Assembly (NCBI GenBank): GCA_027604505.1
Contig: JADIIX010000057.1
Coordinates: forward strand, 1 to 64,000
Reading direction: 5' to 3'
Source: Gonapodya sp. JEL0774
Taxonomy: Eukaryota
Length of the DNA: 64,000 nt
Below, piece after piece: positions 1-13,192 of this stretch. The position numbers and the translations under genes were made by a program. Every line of letters begins with the position of its first letter. Within the stretch, counting starts at the first letter, position 1. Below the pieces are notes generated by a model. The model saw nothing but the letters and a program-made list of their open reading frames with translations. It searched no databases and was not told the origin of the DNA.

Positions 1-258
1 CGCCCCGCCCCCCCCCCGCCCCCCCGCGGCCCCCCCCCGCCCGCCCGCCCCCGCGGGGGGGGGGGGGTGGCAGGGATGACTGGGACCGTGGGTGGGTGTG
101 GGGGAGGAACGGGGAACGGTGGGGTAGCGGGGTTCCGGGTTCGCTCACCTGTTGTTCGGGTTTCCTTTTCGTACCTCTCCTCACCCGCTTTTCTTAACCC
201 GCGCTTCGTTCACCTTTTCCTGCTCCCTCCATGTCGTCACCCCCACACTCCCCTTAAG

Positions 259-399
259 TTCCGCCTCACTGCCAACAACGTGGACATCTCCCCTCTGAAA
301 CCCAAGACCTTGTTCAGGAAAGCAGGGAACGTGCAGGTCTACAGGACGGTGGAGGTGGTGGGGAGGGTCAGGGAGGTGATGGGGGAGGACGGTGGGTAG
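259..399 (+). CDS. Possible terminal exon of a gene entering from upstream of the window (unknown product)
   Basis: A pyrimidine-rich tract ending ...CCCTTAAG is followed by an open frame of ordinary composition (FRLTANNVDISPLKPKTLFRKAGNVQVYRTVEVVGRVREVMGEDGG*). No family recognised. Confidence 0.3.
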   Translation, partial: FRLTANNVDISPLKPKTLFRKAGNVQVYRTVEVVGRVREVMGEDGG

Positions 400-960
400 T
401 GGGGCGAGGGGGGTGGGGGTGGGGGGATTTGGGGTTTGGGTGGGGGGTTGGAGGGGGTTGAAGGGGCGGAAAATGCGGTGGTGCAGGGTCGTTGGAGTGG
501 GAGAAGGGAGAAGGGACACGGGGCACATGCGTCCAGGGAGGAGGGAAAGAAGTGGTTGTGACGAGTGCCGGTTTTGTTTTTTTGGGACTGTTTTGACAGT
601 GACCGGATTCTCTGACACGTGTGATTGATTTTCTTCTTCCTTGTCTCGCCCCCATCCCATCCCATGTGCACCACCCTGTGCACCTGCACGCTCTCGGACT
701 CTCGTCCTGTTGGGCCCTCATCCTCATCACACACACAACACTCGCGCGCCTCCACACACCACACAAACACACACACACCTGCCCACATGTACGCCCACAG
801 CGCTGTCCGAGATTGTGCGTCAGCGGTACCGGGAGAAGTTTGGTCGGGAACCGGGGGTGGGGATCAAGTTTCCGACGCCGGTGGCGGTGATTGGGAAGAG
901 GGCGACGGGGTAGAGGGGGTGGGGGGTGGGGGAAGATGGGGGGGAAGGTGTGAGTGGTGG

Positions 961-970
961 NNNNNNNNNN
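961..970. other. Assembly gap (10 N) flanked by G/C homopolymer-rich sequence
   Basis: nnnnnnnnnn in the sequence. Confidence 0.99.
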
Positions 971-2110
971 GCCCTCGCCCGCCCCCCCCCGGCGCCGCGC
1001 TCGCCCCCCCGCGCCCCCGGGGCGGGGGCGTGGGGGGCCCCGCCCCCACGGGGCAAGGGGAAGCACGGTGTGGTGGTGGTGGTCAGTCGGTGGATAGTGG
1101 GGGAGTGACCACCGACCGGGCAATGTGGATGGAGACACCGAGGTCCGCCAAACCGTTTTGGATGTATGATATATTTGTTGTTCGTCGTTCTTTTCCAATT
1201 TTCTTTTCAATTTTATCGAGATAATAATTTACATTTGGTGATTGGGGACGAAAGAAATATAACAAAAACGTTCTACTTGATGAAGGAGAACGAAGGAGAA
1301 TGGAAGAGAGTTGAGCGATAAAGTGAGCGTGACCAGAGTGAGTAGTGACCGACACAGCAGCAGAGCAGAACAGGGCAGAACAGGGACACAGCGAGGAATC
1401 AAGCAGTCTTGGACACGGACACAGCGGGAGACGCACAGGGAACGGCGACACGAGTACGCACACCCAGCAGACGGCAGACAGACAGCCACCATCATCCCAT
1501 TCTCCTGTTTCTGAGTGCGCGGCCATCCGCGGTCTGCGGTGAGTCATAGCGGACATCCACAGGCAGCGGGCAGGACAGGCAGAGGGCGTGCGGGACTCGG
1601 ACAAGGCAAGGACAAGGAGATGAGCACAGGCAGATGACGGGAGGAGAAGTATGGGCATAAGGGGAACGGGCAGAGGGCGGGAATGGGTTCAAAGGGAAGG
1701 GGAACGTGGGCGACACGACACCCACGACGGACAACACGACGGAGAAAGACGGCGACGGCGGCGGAGAGTTGAGACTTGAGACTGACCGAACTCGCCTGTG
1801 TCTCCGTTCTCCCATCCTGGCGCCCATTAACCCCGTGTCCCAGGAAACCCCGCGTCTACGTCCCGTGTCTGTCGTGTTGGCCAAGTTCCCCTCCACCAAC
1901 AACTCGATTGCGCACAACTCTCGCACCCCGTTCCCACGTCCCCACGTTCCCACGCTGGAGCATTCCCTCGCCCTCTCCGCTCATCCCCCGTCCCCGCCCC
2001 CCTCGGCCCCCCCGTCATCCCCGCCTTCCTCACCCTCCTCCACCCCCCTCCCACCGCACCTCCAACAACGCAGACTCTCCAAATCCCGCACGCTCCCCTC
2101 CTTCCTCGAA

Positions 2111-5100
2111 ATGGCATCAATCGCTGCAGCAGCCACATCGTCCGGGTTCGCGTCCATGGGCAACCTCGCAAGGAGGAGGAGCGTCAACCCAAACCCTCCA
2201 AACATGCCCTTGGCTCCGCAGCAGCAACAACAACAGCAGCAGAGTACACCGGCAGGTCTCTCTGCGACGGGGGCGGCTCCTTCCCCTGCGCGGTCCCCCT
2301 CCTTGTCCCCTTCCCCTTCTCCCTCTCCCGCACCACCACACCCACCTCCCCCCCTCTCCGCCCCCCGACCCATTCCGCCTCCTTCTTCCCATCCGCCTTC
2401 ACATTCCCATCCGCCTTCCCATCCCCACGACCCCGACCCACTACCACCACCCCAAACTCTCTCCCCCACCCACCCCACCCTCATCTCCCGCCTCGACGCC
2501 ATCGAATCGTCGCTCCGGGATCTGTCACGGGACCATCACGCGAGGTGGAGGGGGATGGGTGAGTTGGGTGTGTGGGTGGCAGGGGCGGGGCGGGGCCGGG
2601 GTGTTTGTCAGGGGGAGACAATGAGAGAAGGTGGTGGGCAGGGCAGACGGTGGGATGGGGCTGCCGGGGGGTCGTGGAAAGTGTGGCGGTGGACGGTGGA
2701 CGGTGTACTTGCGTGCCTGTAGTTCTGGTTACCCCGGTGTGCCGTGCCGTGGCCCTGTGTGCCAAATTTGCGCGACAAGACCACGAGGCCACGGCTCCGA
2801 ATGTGGGCGTGAAGGCAGTGGACAACGGACAACGGACAACGGACAACGGGGCCGGGACACACCGACACCACCCCGCACCGCGCCGCCCCCCGCATCGTGC
2901 CCCAAGCCCACCGGCGTGCGTGCACAAGTGGCCGTGGGCCGTGGCCGTTGAGCTGCACCCACCTCAGCATCCGTTCGTCGGTCGTCGTTCGTGGCTCGTC
3001 GCTCGTGGTTCTTGGTCTCACCATACCCTCTGTCCTTTCCCCTTTCCCCTTTCCCCTCTCCCCTCGCCCGGCAGACGCGTCATCGCTCGCGGATAAGGTA
3101 AGTGGACCAGCCGTGGTGGTTTTGAGGATGCAGCGAATGGTGAAAGGGGAATGGGGATGGGGAACGCTGGGAACGCTGGGGAGGGAGATGGGGATCGTGG
3201 TTCGGAACAGTGTGGTCCGAGTGAACGCTCGCGAGAGCCGAATTGGACTGGACTAGACTGGACTGGACTGGACTGGACTGGACTGGACTGGACTGGACTG
3301 GACTGGACCGGTCATGGTGGTGGTGGTGTGAAGGTGCTGGGTGCCTCCTCTGCGTTCGCAATCACACGTCTGAGGATCCGCACTGACTCCACCTGCTCTC
3401 TACCCACCCCACTCCATTAACCCTCCCGCAACCCGCGACCTGTCTCATTCTCACCACCCCTCCCCCCTTCCCCCGTGCCAGATCGTCTCCGCCATCCTCG
3501 CATCCCCCCGCTTCCCCCCTCCACCGTCGCCGCCGACCCACGCCCCTGCGCACACATACCCCGTGGCCGCCACTCATGGAGTGCCGGCCGCAGATGCGGA
3601 CACGGACACGAACACGGGATCGGCGGTCGTGCGGGGGCGAGCCGGCGACGGGGACGGGGACACGCTCGGGGTCGACAACGGGCCCTCGGACGACTCCGAC
3701 CACGTAGAGGACCCGCCAGCGCTGGCTCGGCTGGATGGCGTGTCGCCAGAGAGTATGAGGAAGCACGGGGTGCATAGGGTGGTGCACGGGCACGAGCACG
3801 GGCGCGGACGGGCCGCGGGTGAGGGAGAAGGGAACCCGGACCGGGATCGGGACGGGGCAGTGCAGGCGCCGACACCTGTTGTGGCGGGGGGTGCGGGATG
3901 GCGAGGGGGTGTGGGGGTGGTAGCGGGACTGGGCGGTGGAGGACGGGTGGACTCGCCTGCGTTGTCGGACAAAGATTCTCTTGCGGGGGCCGGGGAGGTG
4001 GGCGAGGCGGCAGGAGTGGGACAGGTGCAGGTGGCAGCGGCGACAACGGAACCAGCACCGGCACCAGTACCGATCACGGGGACGGCGACGCCCTCGGTAT
4101 CTCGGGTATCTGTGGCAGAGTACGGGTCGTCGGGGATCAACGCGTTTTTTGGGTACGCTGTGTACCCAGATCCATCACCGCAGCCCGCACCGACACCGGC
4201 ACAGGCGACAGCACCTCCCGCACCATCCAGCACCCTCCCACCACCTTCCACAACCACACCCGCCCACCGCTCTAAACCCCCCTCGCTCACCCCGCCTCCG
4301 CTCCCCACTGCCACCCCGACTCCTAACCCCGCGACCGCCACCGCCAACCCCCGCTCCGCAGACGACCCTGCCCCCTCCCCATCTCCTGCCTCTGCGGCCT
4401 CGTGGACCCCGCCGACGTACCTCCCCGGCCCTCCTAGTTTGGACTCGAGCTTTTCTTCCCAAGTGAGCGTCAGCGACGGGGTAGGGTCCCTGTCGTCTGG
4501 AGCGGGGCAGTACCGTGTCGACGGACTTGCACTGGGGAATGGCGGCCGGGGCGGGGTCGGACCCTGGACGTACACATCGGGGGGAGCGAAGCCGCCACCT
4601 GGGGCCGTGGCCACCCCCACAGCGATACCAGCGACACGGCCTGCGTCTGGTCTGCCGCGCCCGTCTCCGCCCCCAACGTCAGCGCTGTCGGCGAGGTTGG
4701 CAAGTTCCGGGTCTGGGGCTGCGGCTGCGGCTGCGGCTGGCGTGGGCGTCGGTGTGGGCGTGGCAGCGGGCAAAGTGCACGCGGCGGGGGAGGCGGGGAG
4801 TGGAGGACTCCCCCCGCAGGCACCCTCGGTGGTGGGAGGGCCCGTTGCCATGTCGGATTCACCAAGTTCCAGTTCCACATCGCTTTACAAACCGTCCTCG
4901 CGCACGCCTGCGCCACCCATTCCCACGTCGACCACCATCGCAGCGACACCCTCTTCCACAGTAGCAACCGCATCGGGATCGCCGACCACAACGTCACCTT
5001 ACATCTCCTCGTCTCCAAACACTTCCACAACCTCACCGTCCATATCGTACTCCCCGCGGGCCCAAGCTACTCCTCTACCCCTGACGTACGCATCCTCGCC

Positions 5101-7702
5101 AACGGCCCGCGCGGTTACCACGGCGGGATACTCGTCCTCACCCGGAACGGGCGCGGGATCCCCATCTACGAGAGCCCTTGTTGGTCAAGGCGGGGCCGGT
5201 GGCGGGTCGTCGTGGAGGTCTAGCGGGGAGTGGCGGGCCGGTGGGGGTGGTCCAGGTGCGTGGCCGAGCGGAACCGGGCCGGGGGCACCGGGTGGGGCGA
5301 GTGGGTTGGCGGCGGCGTTTGGAATGCAGTTATACGCAGGTGGTGGTGGAGGGATGGCGTCAGGGAGTGGATACGGCGGGTACGGAGGTGGAATGTATAG
5401 CGGCAGTGCGTACGGGCAGCCGTATACTCCTCAAGCGACCACGGCGGTAGCGACTGCTACCGCGACGTTTTCCTCTGCATCGTCGTCACCGCCATCGGCT
5501 TCAGGACTCGGGTTTGGCGGGGGAAGCTCTGTGTACGGTGCGACGTACGCGGCATCCGGCGGGGCAGGTGGGCCTTCTCCTGGAGCGGGTCCCTCGTCAA
5601 GACCGGCAGTGGCGACCACGGCGCCGTCAAGAGTGAGTTTGTTGGACTACATGGGAGGTTGGGGTGGGTTCCAGGACAGTCCCGCTGCGAAGCCGGCGGT
5701 ACCGACCGTCATTCCACCAACACCCACAGCATCTCCGGGCGTATGGGGTGGTACAGCTTCTCCGTCTGCACATGCTCGTACAGGCTCGGGTACCGTGTTA
5801 TCATCGGCTTCGTCGTCGCCACCTGTGATGAAGACAAGTGCGAACAGCTTCTTCTACGGGACCGACTACTACGGGGCAAGGACACCGCCCAGGTCAAATT
5901 CGGAGGAAAAGCTTGCTGATGGGACGAACTCGCGGAATGGTGGGACAGATAGTGGGGGTGGTGTAATAGTGGGCACGCTTGGGACATCCCCCGTGGCGGA
6001 CTCTACGGTGGGGATGGGGTCAGCTGCAGCGTCGATGGATGAGGATGGAGATATCGATATGGCGAAGTACAGAGCGGAATACAGGAAGTGGCAACGGAGT
6101 GTGGCGAAAGAAAAAGGCAGTGGAGGGTGGGGGCTGCCAGGGGGTGAGGGATCGGTAAGCGGGAGTGGTGCAGAGGAGAGTTCAACCGACGACGATGCGG
6201 GGAGTCCCGGGGAGGTTCCAGAGAGTGAGAAGAGGGAGCGGGAGAATCAGGAGCTGGAGCGGGCAGAAAAGCTTGTGGAAAAGAAAAAGGAGTCGGGAGT
6301 GGAACCACCTTCATCAACGACAATATCAGCATTGGGTGGAGCAGACTCAGCGACCCCAACAACAGATTCCTTTCCGACACTGTCTGCATATCTTTCCACT
6401 ACCTCTCCGTACCCTCGACCGAAGTCGCCGCTTCACTCAGTGCTGAGGTCTCCAAGGCTCGCACCCGCACTCGCAGACCCGCAACCCAACAAGCGCCACC
6501 AACATCAACCATCTTCTCCTTCGCATGAAGTGGATCCCTTGAGGCGGAATTTGTCCGTGTCCTTCTCCAACAAGTTTGCGGCAGTGGTCGACTTCGTTCA
6601 AAACGCCCCTCCTGAGGAAATGTTGGACAGCCCCGTGGTGGCATATGGGGATCCAGGCCGAGAACGGGAGAAACTCTGGCCACGTGGGTGGAAGTGGCGG
6701 ATGGTCCTCAAGGACGTACCCAAGAAGGGAGTGATCGGCGCTGCTGCGGGGGGTATGTCGGGTGCTGACTTGAGCGCAATGTATGGCGTACCCACGGGAG
6801 GCGGATATGGTGGATATGGTGGTGGATATGGTGGAAGAGAAGGGAGTGGAGGGTATGCTGGGCGCTCGAACCCAATGAGCTTGTACCCCGCGAGCATGCG
6901 GAGTGCTGGATCTTTCGGAGGATTCGAGAGATTTGGGGGCGGGTCCAGCGGCGCTGGATATATTGCCTACGGCGGCGGGAGTGGAGGTGGATATGGGATG
7001 GGTCGCACGATCAAGGTAGATAAAAAGGCTTTGGAGAGGCGAATACGACTCGACGATGTGGAAATGAAGGATGGGATCATATCAGTGCTCGTGAGTGTGA
7101 AAAGGACGGACGAATCTCGGAGTGCCGAAGAACTTCAGAATGGAAACGGGGGAGGAATGGCACTGGCAGAAGGGGGATCCGGGGGAAGCAGTGGTGGTGG
7201 GAGCCCACCTTCCTCTCCGGAGGGTTCCCATGATTCGGTCTCTGTGCGATACGCACTCTCTCGCGAAACCGAGTCGAAAGCCTACTGTGAAGTGCAAGGG
7301 GTACCTGTTGCGGCTCATCCCGTACCCTCCACGACGTTGGGTTCGTCACCCACGGTATCATCGTCCTTGTCCTTCCTCTTCACCAGAACGGATTCCGATG
7401 CCGATGCGGGGTACGCCCAGTACCGATGTGACATTGTCGCTGAAGACTTGTTTGCGGACCGAGATCCAAGTCGGCGCGATGATGATAAGGATAGGACTCT
7501 TCAGCTGTGGTTCATTATCGCGCTTGCAGTGGGCAGACCGAGTGGGGAAGTTAAGGAGGTGGAATCGGACGATAACTCGGGGAGGAAGTACCACCTCGAG
7601 GTGTCGCGGATTCGTTCTGTACCTTCGAGCCAATCGAAAGAGGGCTCGGCAACCAAAATGAAGGAGGGTGCGGCGAGGGTTGCAGCAGAGTCGGACATCT
7701 GA
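2111..7702 (+). CDS. Large low-complexity protein (~1560 aa) with a C-terminal divergent PP1 glycogen-targeting-like module (RVxF-like motif + CBM21-like domain)
   Basis: Predicted exons 2111-2558, 3075-3097 and 3482-7702 join in frame through GTGAGT/CAG and GTAAGT/CAG introns (…HHARWRGM-DASSLADK-IVSAILASPRFPPP…). The C-terminal motif order (RNLSVSFSNKFAAVVDFVQ; WKWRMVLKDVP; IRLDDVEMKDGIISVLVSV; VSVRYAL; LWFIIAL; DDNSGRKYHLEV) follows the fungal Gac1-type layout. The start codon is uncertain. Confidence 0.6.
2820..2849 (+). repeat. (GGACAAC)4 tandem repeat, intronic
   Basis: ggacaacggacaacggacaacggacaacgg. Confidence 0.9.
3246..3310 (+). repeat. (GACTG)n pentanucleotide microsatellite, ~13 units including two variants, intronic
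   Basis: gactg gacta gactg gactg ... gactg gaccg, inside the predicted intron 3098-3481. Confidence 0.95.
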
Positions 7703-8013
7703 TCCATGGGGCGGGGGTGGGGTGGGGCGTCGGCGCCGACACTGTGGAGCAGCGAGGCAGTGCGGACAGTACAGCATGCATCACAATCAAAGTCTTTGCT
7801 CTCTTCATCAACGATTCATTTCATTTTAGGACGCACATAATAATATGCCTTTTTGTCACCGGAACCCACTTTTTTTGAGTTCGATAGTTGGATATGCAAT
7901 CGCCAAAACGCAATGTAGAATGAAACAACATTGGCGGACTCATTTCATTTGGAGAAACCGGCAGAGATATGTGGTGGTTCAAAGTCACACCTTGCAAGCG
8001 AACATTTTATATG

Positions 8014-9739
8014 TCACAAACCCCAAATAATTAAACTGTGATCATCCCTTGCACAACTCCGAAGCCTCGTTCTAACCTCTCGGGATACGTCGTCAATGCC
8101 TGCAGGAACAAGTTAGAAAAAAAGTGTGAATTTCACTTTACATCTCAAAATGCCAGGCAGTGATCCTCACAATAAATAGATAGTTCCGAAAGTGTGTTAT
8201 TGCTCGCTAGTGCTTCTGCCAATGCCGAAACCCCAGCGTCTCCAAGACTGCACCCTGTCGCATCATCAGGGTGGGATCAATGAACCACTTGCAAGAATCT
8301 CAAATACTCCATTCACAGAGAAATGAGCACGATCGTCCTGACGAACAACACTCACCACTCAAATCTAATGATCGAAGAACTTGGTTGCGCACGAGAGCGT
8401 GCCCGAACGCAATCGCACCGGTAACTCCGATGTCGCTATCTTTGTCCGCATTGGTGTTCATTGAAAGTATCACATTACAGCGAGATGTGTGGGAGCTCGC
8501 GGGCTTCAATGTTTAACTCACTGGCCATTTCCAATGCCACCAGGGTGGTGTTTTGCTCGAGAGCTCCGGCAAGAGCATGCGCGCCGTCACTGATTATTCC
8601 TGTACCTAATGTCAAGATTTGCCACAAGATCATGTTTGTCAAAAAGACAATGACGTGTGAGCCGTGTAAACTCACTCTGCAGTTTCAGTACGGTGAGACA
8701 TTGATTAACTGAGAGCGCTTCTGCAAGCGCTAACGCACCACCATCGTTGATCATGCCGTTGCCTAGGGACGAGATTTTCCCAGGTGGGGAATGCATTGTA
8801 GTCGCTGTTGCACCAACGATGACGCTCTCACCATTTAAGTTCAAAACGCTCAGTACAGTATTTACTTTCAACATATCGGAGAGGGCTCGTGCGCTCGGTA
8901 GTCTCAGAAGGTTCGCTTTAGACGTGGGAAATTAAACCGGTCAGGTAATCGGAGAGGGCACGAAGTGGGCGTGGTTGCATGAAATATCACTTCAAAATTT
9001 GGACTCGTCGTATCTACCAACTGCTCAAATCAAGCTCCCTGATTCCCGTGTTCACTTGCAGCGCATCAGCAATTGCGACCCCACCAACGTCTTGAATTTT
9101 GTTATCTTGCTCCGGGATTGAATTGATTGAGAAGTAATAAAGCAATTGGTCAATTTATCGCATAGCTTGAATACATGCGTTATGTAACTTACTGGCGAGA
9201 CAGAGAGTTCGTAATGTCACGTTGTGCCTCAGAACAGAAGCAAGATGAACCGCCCCTGCATCTCCAAGACCATATACTTGCAGTCCCGTCGTTATAAAAT
9301 GGGACGTAGACCGGATTTATTTTGTTCAACGTCGAATTCGAGGATCTTCCAAAAATGTACTGCACTCACAAGTCAAGTCCAAGATCGTAACCTGCCCCCT
9401 GCCTACAATTGCACTTGCAAATTCTCGAAAGCAACGTAGTCCAGGATCCCATATATTCCTCATTATCTTCAATTTCTTGATGGGTTGCCGACAACTCGAG
9501 AACTTCTTGACTTGCATTCCATTTCGCAACACAACTGAGTTGTACAGGAGTTTCTCGCATACTGCATTCCAAAGACGGCCTACTCCTGCTACGGCAGCCA
9601 GCAAACGCACATGAGTTTCATCGGAAGGATCAAAGCGGCTAACAAAAGCGTTCTTAACCAGGCGGACGATTATCTCGTAAGGAAGGCGGATGGGCTGTTT
9701 CTTGGACTGCGGCGGTTCGTACACCCGCGATTCAGCCAT
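8014..9739 (-). CDS. F-box-like N-terminus plus ribonuclease-inhibitor-type leucine-rich repeats (multi-exon)
   Basis: The N-terminus has RLPYEIIVRLV…VAGVGRLWNAVCEKLLY (F-box-like). It is followed by RI-type LRRs, roughly one per exon: INDGGALALAEALSVNQCLTVLKL, ISDGAHALAGALEQNTTLVALEM, IGVTGAIAFGHALVRNQVLRSLDL. The last exon ends …HSLIIWGL* at 8014. Confidence 0.8.
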
Positions 9740-11247
9740 TGGTTGAGTTTGCGGAGGGCAGGATTGCGACTTTTGCCGAGTGGTTGTCCATGTACATGTT
9801 TGAAGACCACAGCCTGACCTCGACAAGCTCTTCGGTAGAGAGCGCCACTGGACAGGAGAACACCCCACTCAAACTGTAACGAAATTGCTGTTTCTCGCAT
9901 TTTCTGGGACAGAAGGTCGAGGGTGCAGGTGGACAGGTCACCAAAGCCTTGCTAGATTGCAGTTGAAACACGTCACACTGCGAAAGTCTTTGGACTGGAC
10001 GTTGAAAGGTCGGACAAACAAAAACGTAATCGAAACATAACATTCCTTTTGGATGAGGATATGCTTGCGATACGAAATGTAGCGGCTTCGTGTACTGAGA
10101 CTATTTGTGGAAGGAGACCGACCCACTCAACATTACTTGTCAAGTTCCCCGTCCCCAGAGGGGAGGAACCGTATTTAACGAGAGAAGACAACATCGATAC
10201 GTCATGTTGATTGTGACTATGAATATGACGAACTCCAAGGGTGAAACCGCACTGTCAACTTCGATCAACTCCATCAGAACGAGCCATCGACCTCGTCACG
10301 GCACCCGCCGTCCAAAGACGCCAAGGCAACCGGACGCGATCTTCAACGATTGGGAACTGCGACACCATCGACTGCCCGTCATCAAGCCCGAGAGCGAGAC
10401 AACAAAGCTGACAACGGTTGCACGTCGCGGCTCACCAATCCACTTCCCGCTCTAGCCGAGGCTCCGCATATCATCGTCTGGAGTGATCAAAGTGTCTAGT
10501 TTGGTTGTTTGGAACCAAAAGACTAGATAGCAACTGTACACGAGATCCTGAAAGTACAGTCGATAAAGAAAAACGAAATCTCGAGTGGGGTTTATAAAAG
10601 GCTGCTGTGGCCGCGCCACAGTCTCTGCCACAAGGAGCGTGCGTTATGCCAGAAAGAGAAAACAGAGACATTCTCGAAGTACGCCGCGACTTCAAGGAAA
10701 CGGACACATTCTCACAGCTCTAGCGATGCTTGCAGTGCGAAAGAGCTTCGCCTCGATAATTACGTAAATTTTTATGTGGGGCAACGGGCCTGGAGTACAA
10801 GTACGCGCTCATCGCAAAATTTATTGAGAGTGTGACATTTGGGGTTGTGATCCGAGGGAAGGGGAGCATGCAGCATTTGACGGTGGGAGAGAGGGACTTC
10901 GTTTGGACTCAACCCCAACTTGCACATTGAAATACGCGGGAGCACATTCACACCGATCACGAATCACGATTGCTGACGCAATCTCCAGTTGCAAGTGGCC
11001 GGCGCTTGCTGTCTTTCTTCGTGGGCAGGAAACCGACACTCAACTACATACGTATCTCGCCCACTCGAACATGACATGGCCGAACTTCACCACCGCTAGC
11101 ATCCGGCACTCCTGAACAGTGCATGACAACTTCAGCGAAAGCGAAGACTTACACGTTGTTTTCGCCATCGAGTTTAGCTCGCAAGACAGCTGCTGTGTGG
11201 ACTTCTGTGGTGGGGTTCATCCCTGACAATTCACCTCCCAAGACGTG

Positions 11248-12745
11248 ATGTATCACACTCGCCCACTGAAACGACCACAGTGGAGCACATCTGCTACCAA
11301 TAGAAAGTACATGAGAATGAATGAAAAGCTCAAAGTGCCTTGCACCTACCACTCATTCGATCCGCACGACCCCGAATCACTCCCCCCGAAGGCGGAGGGT
11401 GCCACGCGATTCGTGCTCGTGTCCGACACTCGTGAGTCCTCCTACCGGAAATCAATGAGGTTGATGTTCAAGAAAATACCTCTCTAACTTCCTTGGCGAA
11501 TTCAACTCATTCAGATGTGCGTTTGCCTACCTTGCTTTCTCGGAGGAGGTTGTCATCCCTGACATCTTTTACTGTGGAAGTAGACCCTCCTGCCGGACCT
11601 TCCACCTAATGGAGATATTCTTTTACATACCGGAGACTTCTCCTTGCGTGGATACCGAACCGTGATTTGCTAATGCGACATTTTTCGAGAGCATGCTATG
11701 TGGTCCTTCCAACTATCCAACTATTTCTGTCGGTACAGGAAGTCAAGAAGTTTCGAGAGTGGCTAGATTCGCTTACTCAATTTCGGTGAGACTAAAACAC
11801 CTCTTCGGAGAGTTTGTGGAGGATGCACAAGCTCAACACGCGTGCTCCCTCGTCGTTTTCAAAGACACAAAGTCATCGTGCCCGGTAACCACGATCTCTC
11901 TTTCGACGTGGGATTCTATAACGAAAATTGGCATCTCCGTCAGAGAGGGTCGTATGAATCTCCCGACAAAACGATCGCTCTTCTCAGGTCGAACAAGTGC
12001 CGGAAAAACGGAATTCACTTGGTTATGGACGATTTCCTGGAGTTAGAAGGGTGGGTCATATACGGGTGTCCCGTGAGTAGTCTCCAATACTGTTAAGAGC
12101 GATTTAAGGTGTGGTGGTGGCTCAACTGGCGAATGTTGGACAGTGGGTGCCAACCATTGGCTTTGGGTCGGCATGGGCCTTTAGTGAGTTCTCCGTCTTG
12201 CAAGCTCTCCCTTCTTTGAAGCCACCATTTCTGTCTGCACAAGTGCTCGATCGTGGCGACCCTCTTCGCTCCAAATATGCGCCAATCCTCGCCGCTCGTT
12301 CGGTGGAGTCAGCAGGAACTCGACCACCGATTGACATCCTCATGACACATGGCCCGCCGCATATGATCTTGGACACACTGACGAATGGCGAGCATGTGGG
12401 GAGCGAGGAGTTGCGAGATGTTGTCATGGTCGCAAAGCCGACGGTCCATTGGTGAGTCTATGAACCTCTTTTGGTTCGTGCATGGGGATGAGAAGAGTGG
12501 CATTATTTACTTTCTACATACTCCTCGCTTGTGGGTTGTTCAGTTTTGGCCACATTCAGTGAGTCTTGCCTCCTTCAATCATTCTGAAAACCTGTCTCAT
12601 CTACGGTACATCAAGTGAATCATACGGGGTTCTGCAGCAAGAAGACACTCTCTTTGTCAACTCTTCGTTCAAAAGTTCCAGAATCCCAAACCTTCCCATC
12701 GTGGTGGACCTTGGACCAAGACCCCTGCCAGCAGAACAGCCATGA
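11248..12745 (+). CDS. Calcineurin-like metallophosphoesterase, MPPED1/2 (239FB)-like (multi-exon)
   Basis: The metallophosphoesterase motifs occur in order across exons: TRFVLVSDT(H), GDILLHTGDF, HKVIVPGNHD, IDILMTHGPP, FGHIHESYG, FVNSS…LPIVVDL. Confidence 0.9.
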
Positions 12746-13192
12746 AAAAGTTTACCAACAACTCTGCCAGCGTTGCTGCTGTTCCTTCCGTTCTCCCGCG
12801 CCACTAACGTTGACTATTCTTCAATATGTATGACGTAATTCGTTAAATATAATTCGCGGTTCCCGCTTTTTCTGTCATGTGATGGTTGGTGAAGTACTGG
12901 TGGCCAAATGACACTCTCGAAATAAAATCGAAATCATCCATCTGTGAATTTGTTTTTACAATTATAGTTACACTTGACTTGTTAGCTCGGAAAAAGGGGC
13001 TGAAGGCAAGAAATTCTTCATGCTTGGGTTTGCGTTCCTGGATGACGACATGGCGTAAAATGGGTCTGAGGTGAGGAGTCAAGTGGGACTCAGCTGCGAT
13101 CGCAAATTTCATATCACGAAACTCCCCAAAAGGAGCCAAAAGGTTTTCAAACTTCTTCTGTTCAATTTTTATCGATTCACTAAGCGGGCTTG

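Noticed and set aside
1..70. Near-pure C-run/G-run hairpin or G-quadruplex-like sequence
   Set aside because: It lies at the window edge and resembles the low-quality sequence next to the N gap; probably a sequencing or assembly artefact
900..1060. GC-only tract and ORFs spanning the N gap
   Set aside because: The sequence is unreliable around the gap and the translations are low-complexity
3246..3310. Regular repeat considered as a CRISPR or telomeric array
   Set aside because: It is a simple 5-nt microsatellite with no spacers, inside a predicted intron of a eukaryotic gene
3574..4878. 434-aa antisense ORF
   Set aside because: Shadow of the GC-rich + strand coding exon; no independent motifs
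9900..11200. Several short ORFs between the LRR and phosphoesterase genes
   Set aside because: No recognisable motifs or consistent splice pattern; likely divergent promoter or UTR sequence
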